A stretch of 53,579 bases of DNA from positions 1 to 53,579 of the forward strand of contig JBLMVJ010000020.1 in NCBI GenBank assembly GCA_050255815.1. The letters are read 5' to 3'. Each line of letters starts with the position of its first letter. Position 1 is the stretch's first letter. The DNA comes from Candidatus Levyibacteriota bacterium (GTDB taxonomy: Bacteria; Patescibacteriota; Microgenomatia; Levybacterales; GWA1-39-11). The translations under genes were made by a program, and so were the position numbers. Of the stretch, positions 51,930-53,579 are shown piece by piece. Under the pieces are notes generated by a model. That model did no database searches and was not told the DNA's origin. It saw only the letters and a program-made list of their open reading frames with translations.

Positions 51930-52485
51930 GATGAAGAATATAATTATCAAAAAAGATGAAGAAAAGATTTTGCCTGTGGTTTGGACCGGAGGAGAAGAGC
52001 ACATTGATTACAAGATCTTACTCTCCCAGCCCGGAGCCAGTATTATCCTGTTGATGCTTTTTTTAGGCAAAAAACAACATGCAGGATTGGTCAACGTTTC
52101 CGTTATCCATGATTCTCCCCAAACAAAAAGCAAGGTTTTAGTAAAAGGAATCTTGGAAGACAGTGCATCTATAGACTTCAACGGACTGGTAAAAATACAG
52201 GAAAAAGCCAAAGGGTCACAGGCTTGGTTAGGGGCACATCTGCTGTTATTATCTGAATCAGCAAAAGGAAGGGCAGTGCCCAGCCTGGAGATTTTAGAGA
52301 ATGATGTGAAGGCAGGCCATGCAACCACTGTTGGAAGGATTAATGACAACCAGGTGTTTTATCTTATGTCCCGGGGACTCTCCAAAAAACAAGCAAGGAA
52401 GCTGATTATAGAAGGTTTTGTCCAGCAGTTTCTTGCTGAGTTCCCGGAGGAAGAGCGGAAGAAGGCAAGAAGAGAGTTGATGTAA
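51928..52485 (+). CDS. sufD: SufD-like Fe-S assembly protein (short SufBD-family form)
   Basis: 185 aa. C-terminal GHATTVGRINDNQVFYLMSRGLSKKQARKLIIEGF is the SufBD signature. Far shorter than canonical SufD. Confidence 0.7.
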   Translation: MMKNIIIKKDEEKILPVVWTGGEEHIDYKILLSQPGASIILLMLFLGKKQHAGLVNVSVIHDSPQTKSKVLVKGILEDSASIDFNGLVKIQEKAKGSQAWLGAHLLLLSESAKGRAVPSLEILENDVKAGHATTVGRINDNQVFYLMSRGLSKKQARKLIIEGFVQQFLAEFPEEERKKARRELM

Positions 52486-52513
52486 GATATAGGACGTAAG
52501 ACAAAAGATTTCT
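52479..52513 (+). repeat. Heptamer-phased tract 6 after sufD: GATGTAA GATATAG GACGTAA GACAAAA GATTTCT
   Basis: Read directly. The sufD stop TAA (52483) is followed by TAG (52490) and TAA (52497). The first 22 nt resemble the arms of tract 2 (GATGTAGGTTATAGGACTTAAG). Confidence 0.7.
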
Positions 52514-52595
52514 CGTCCAAAGGACTTGAACAATATGCTTCTCATGCTGGTATAAATATTCTTCGAACTGGCGAAGCCAAGTGAGAAGTCTAGAT

Positions 52596-53579
52596 ATGAA
52601 AAATATAAAGAAGGATTTTCCTATTTTTAAAACACATCCTAAATTAGTTTATTTGGATAGTGCGTCTACTTCCCAAAAACCTCACATAGTTATTGATGCG
52701 GTTTCAAACTTCTATATCAAATCGAATAGCAATGTCCACCGCGGAATCTATGACCTTTCACAAGAAGCAACAGATATCTATGAAGGGGTGAGAAAAAAAG
52801 TCGCAGATTTAATCCACGCTAAACCTGGTGAAATTATATTCACCGGAAATACCACAGAGGGAATTAATCTGGCGGTGTTCGGTTACTTTAAAAAACATTT
52901 AAAAAAGGGAGATATTGTTATTCTTTCAGAAATGGAACATCATTCCAACATAGTTCCCTGGCTTATGTTAAAAGAACAAATAGGGATAAAGACCATTTTT
53001 CTTCCCTTGTCCCCGGATTTTTCTCTCGATTATGCAAGAATATTAGACTCTAACATTAATTTTAAAAAAATAAAAGCAATTTCTCTAACCTATGCTTCAA
53101 ATGTATTGGGGACAGTAAATCCTTTAGAAAAAATTATTAAAGCTTTTAGGAAAAAAAATCCCCAGATGAAGATTCTTGTTGACGCTGCCCAAAGTATTTC
53201 CCATCTAAAAACTGATGTGAAAAAAATAGACGCAGATTTTCTGGCATTTTCTTCTCATAAAATGTTTGGTCCTGCCGGTCTTGGCGTTTTATATGTGAAG
53301 GAGGAACTGCTGGGTGAAACGGATCCGCTATTTTATGGAGGGCATATGATAACAGAGGTCACCAAAAATAAAGCAAGTTTTTCAACTACTGTTGCAAGAT
53401 TTGAAGCAGGGACCGGACGGCTGGAATCAGTTGCAGGATTGGGCGCAGCAATAGAATATATCAACAAACTCGGTTTTGAAAAGATTGCTAATAGAGATAA
53501 TGGACTTACAAGTTATGCATTTGGAGAATTATCAAAACTCGATTTTTTACAGTTATATTCAACAGGAAAAAACACTCTT
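52596..53579 (+). CDS. sufS: Cysteine desulfurase SufS (class V aminotransferase), 3' end outside the window
   Basis: Open to the window edge and absent from the ORF track. MKNIKKDFPIFK...VYLDSASTSQKP and the PLP lysine motif FSSHKMFGPAGLGVLY. Confidence 0.85.
   Translation, partial: MKNIKKDFPIFKTHPKLVYLDSASTSQKPHIVIDAVSNFYIKSNSNVHRGIYDLSQEATDIYEGVRKKVADLIHAKPGEIIFTGNTTEGINLAVFGYFKKHLKKGDIVILSEMEHHSNIVPWLMLKEQIGIKTIFLPLSPDFSLDYARILDSNINFKKIKAISLTYASNVLGTVNPLEKIIKAFRKKNPQMKILVDAAQSISHLKTDVKKIDADFLAFSSHKMFGPAGLGVLYVKEELLGETDPLFYGGHMITEVTKNKASFSTTVARFEAGTGRLESVAGLGAAIEYINKLGFEKIANRDNGLTSYAFGELSKLDFLQLYSTGKNTL

Noticed and set aside
1-53579. Alternative genetic code (UGA recoding, as in some CPR lineages)
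   Set aside because: Conserved genes (recJ, aspS, metK, sufB, both ATPases) are full length with standard stops, and several end in TGA at the expected position. Code 11 fits.

Overview
Visibly AT-rich, tightly packed bacterial chromosome segment. It reads cleanly in the standard code, with no sign of UGA recoding. All products were called by eye from motifs, with no database search, so product names are family-level. Gene content fits a small-genome, probably host-associated Patescibacteria/CPR (Microgenomates-like) organism. Housekeeping genes: secD(3' end)-secF, a short cysS, cca, recJ, archaeal-type aspS, a short gltX, metK behind a SAM riboswitch, a DEAD-box helicase with an RRM protein, sufC-sufB-sufD-sufS, and tRNA-Gln(CUG). 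These are interleaved with many envelope or secreted proteins: two lamin-tail-domain proteins (one fused to a staphylococcal-type nuclease), an Rpf-type muralytic protein, a D,D-carboxypeptidase, TPR/GT-C membrane proteins, DipZ, two P-type ATPases, TspO, and a MarR-HlyD-HlyD-MFS efflux operon. No rRNA, CRISPR array, transposase or integrase was seen. Items most worth follow-up: (1) a 1309-aa protein with a type IV prepilin N-terminus fused to a sedolisin (S53) protease, two NEW3-like beta-sandwich domains and two copies of a novel module ending in dockerin-like loops. (2) A cupredoxin / 4-TM protein / di-haem cytochrome b operon with no Rieske or c1 partner, sitting behind a perfect TGTGA-N6-TCACA palindrome. 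(3) A family of heptamer-phased UAN-N4 tracts, three of which start exactly at the stop codon of the upstream gene inside the secDF and suf operons. (4) A P4-less SAM riboswitch whose P3 loop is complementary to the metK start codon. (5) A hypothetical gene followed by twin 44-aa acidic peptides. (6) A redoxin gene fragment marking a rearrangement next to a P-type ATPase and tRNA-Gln.
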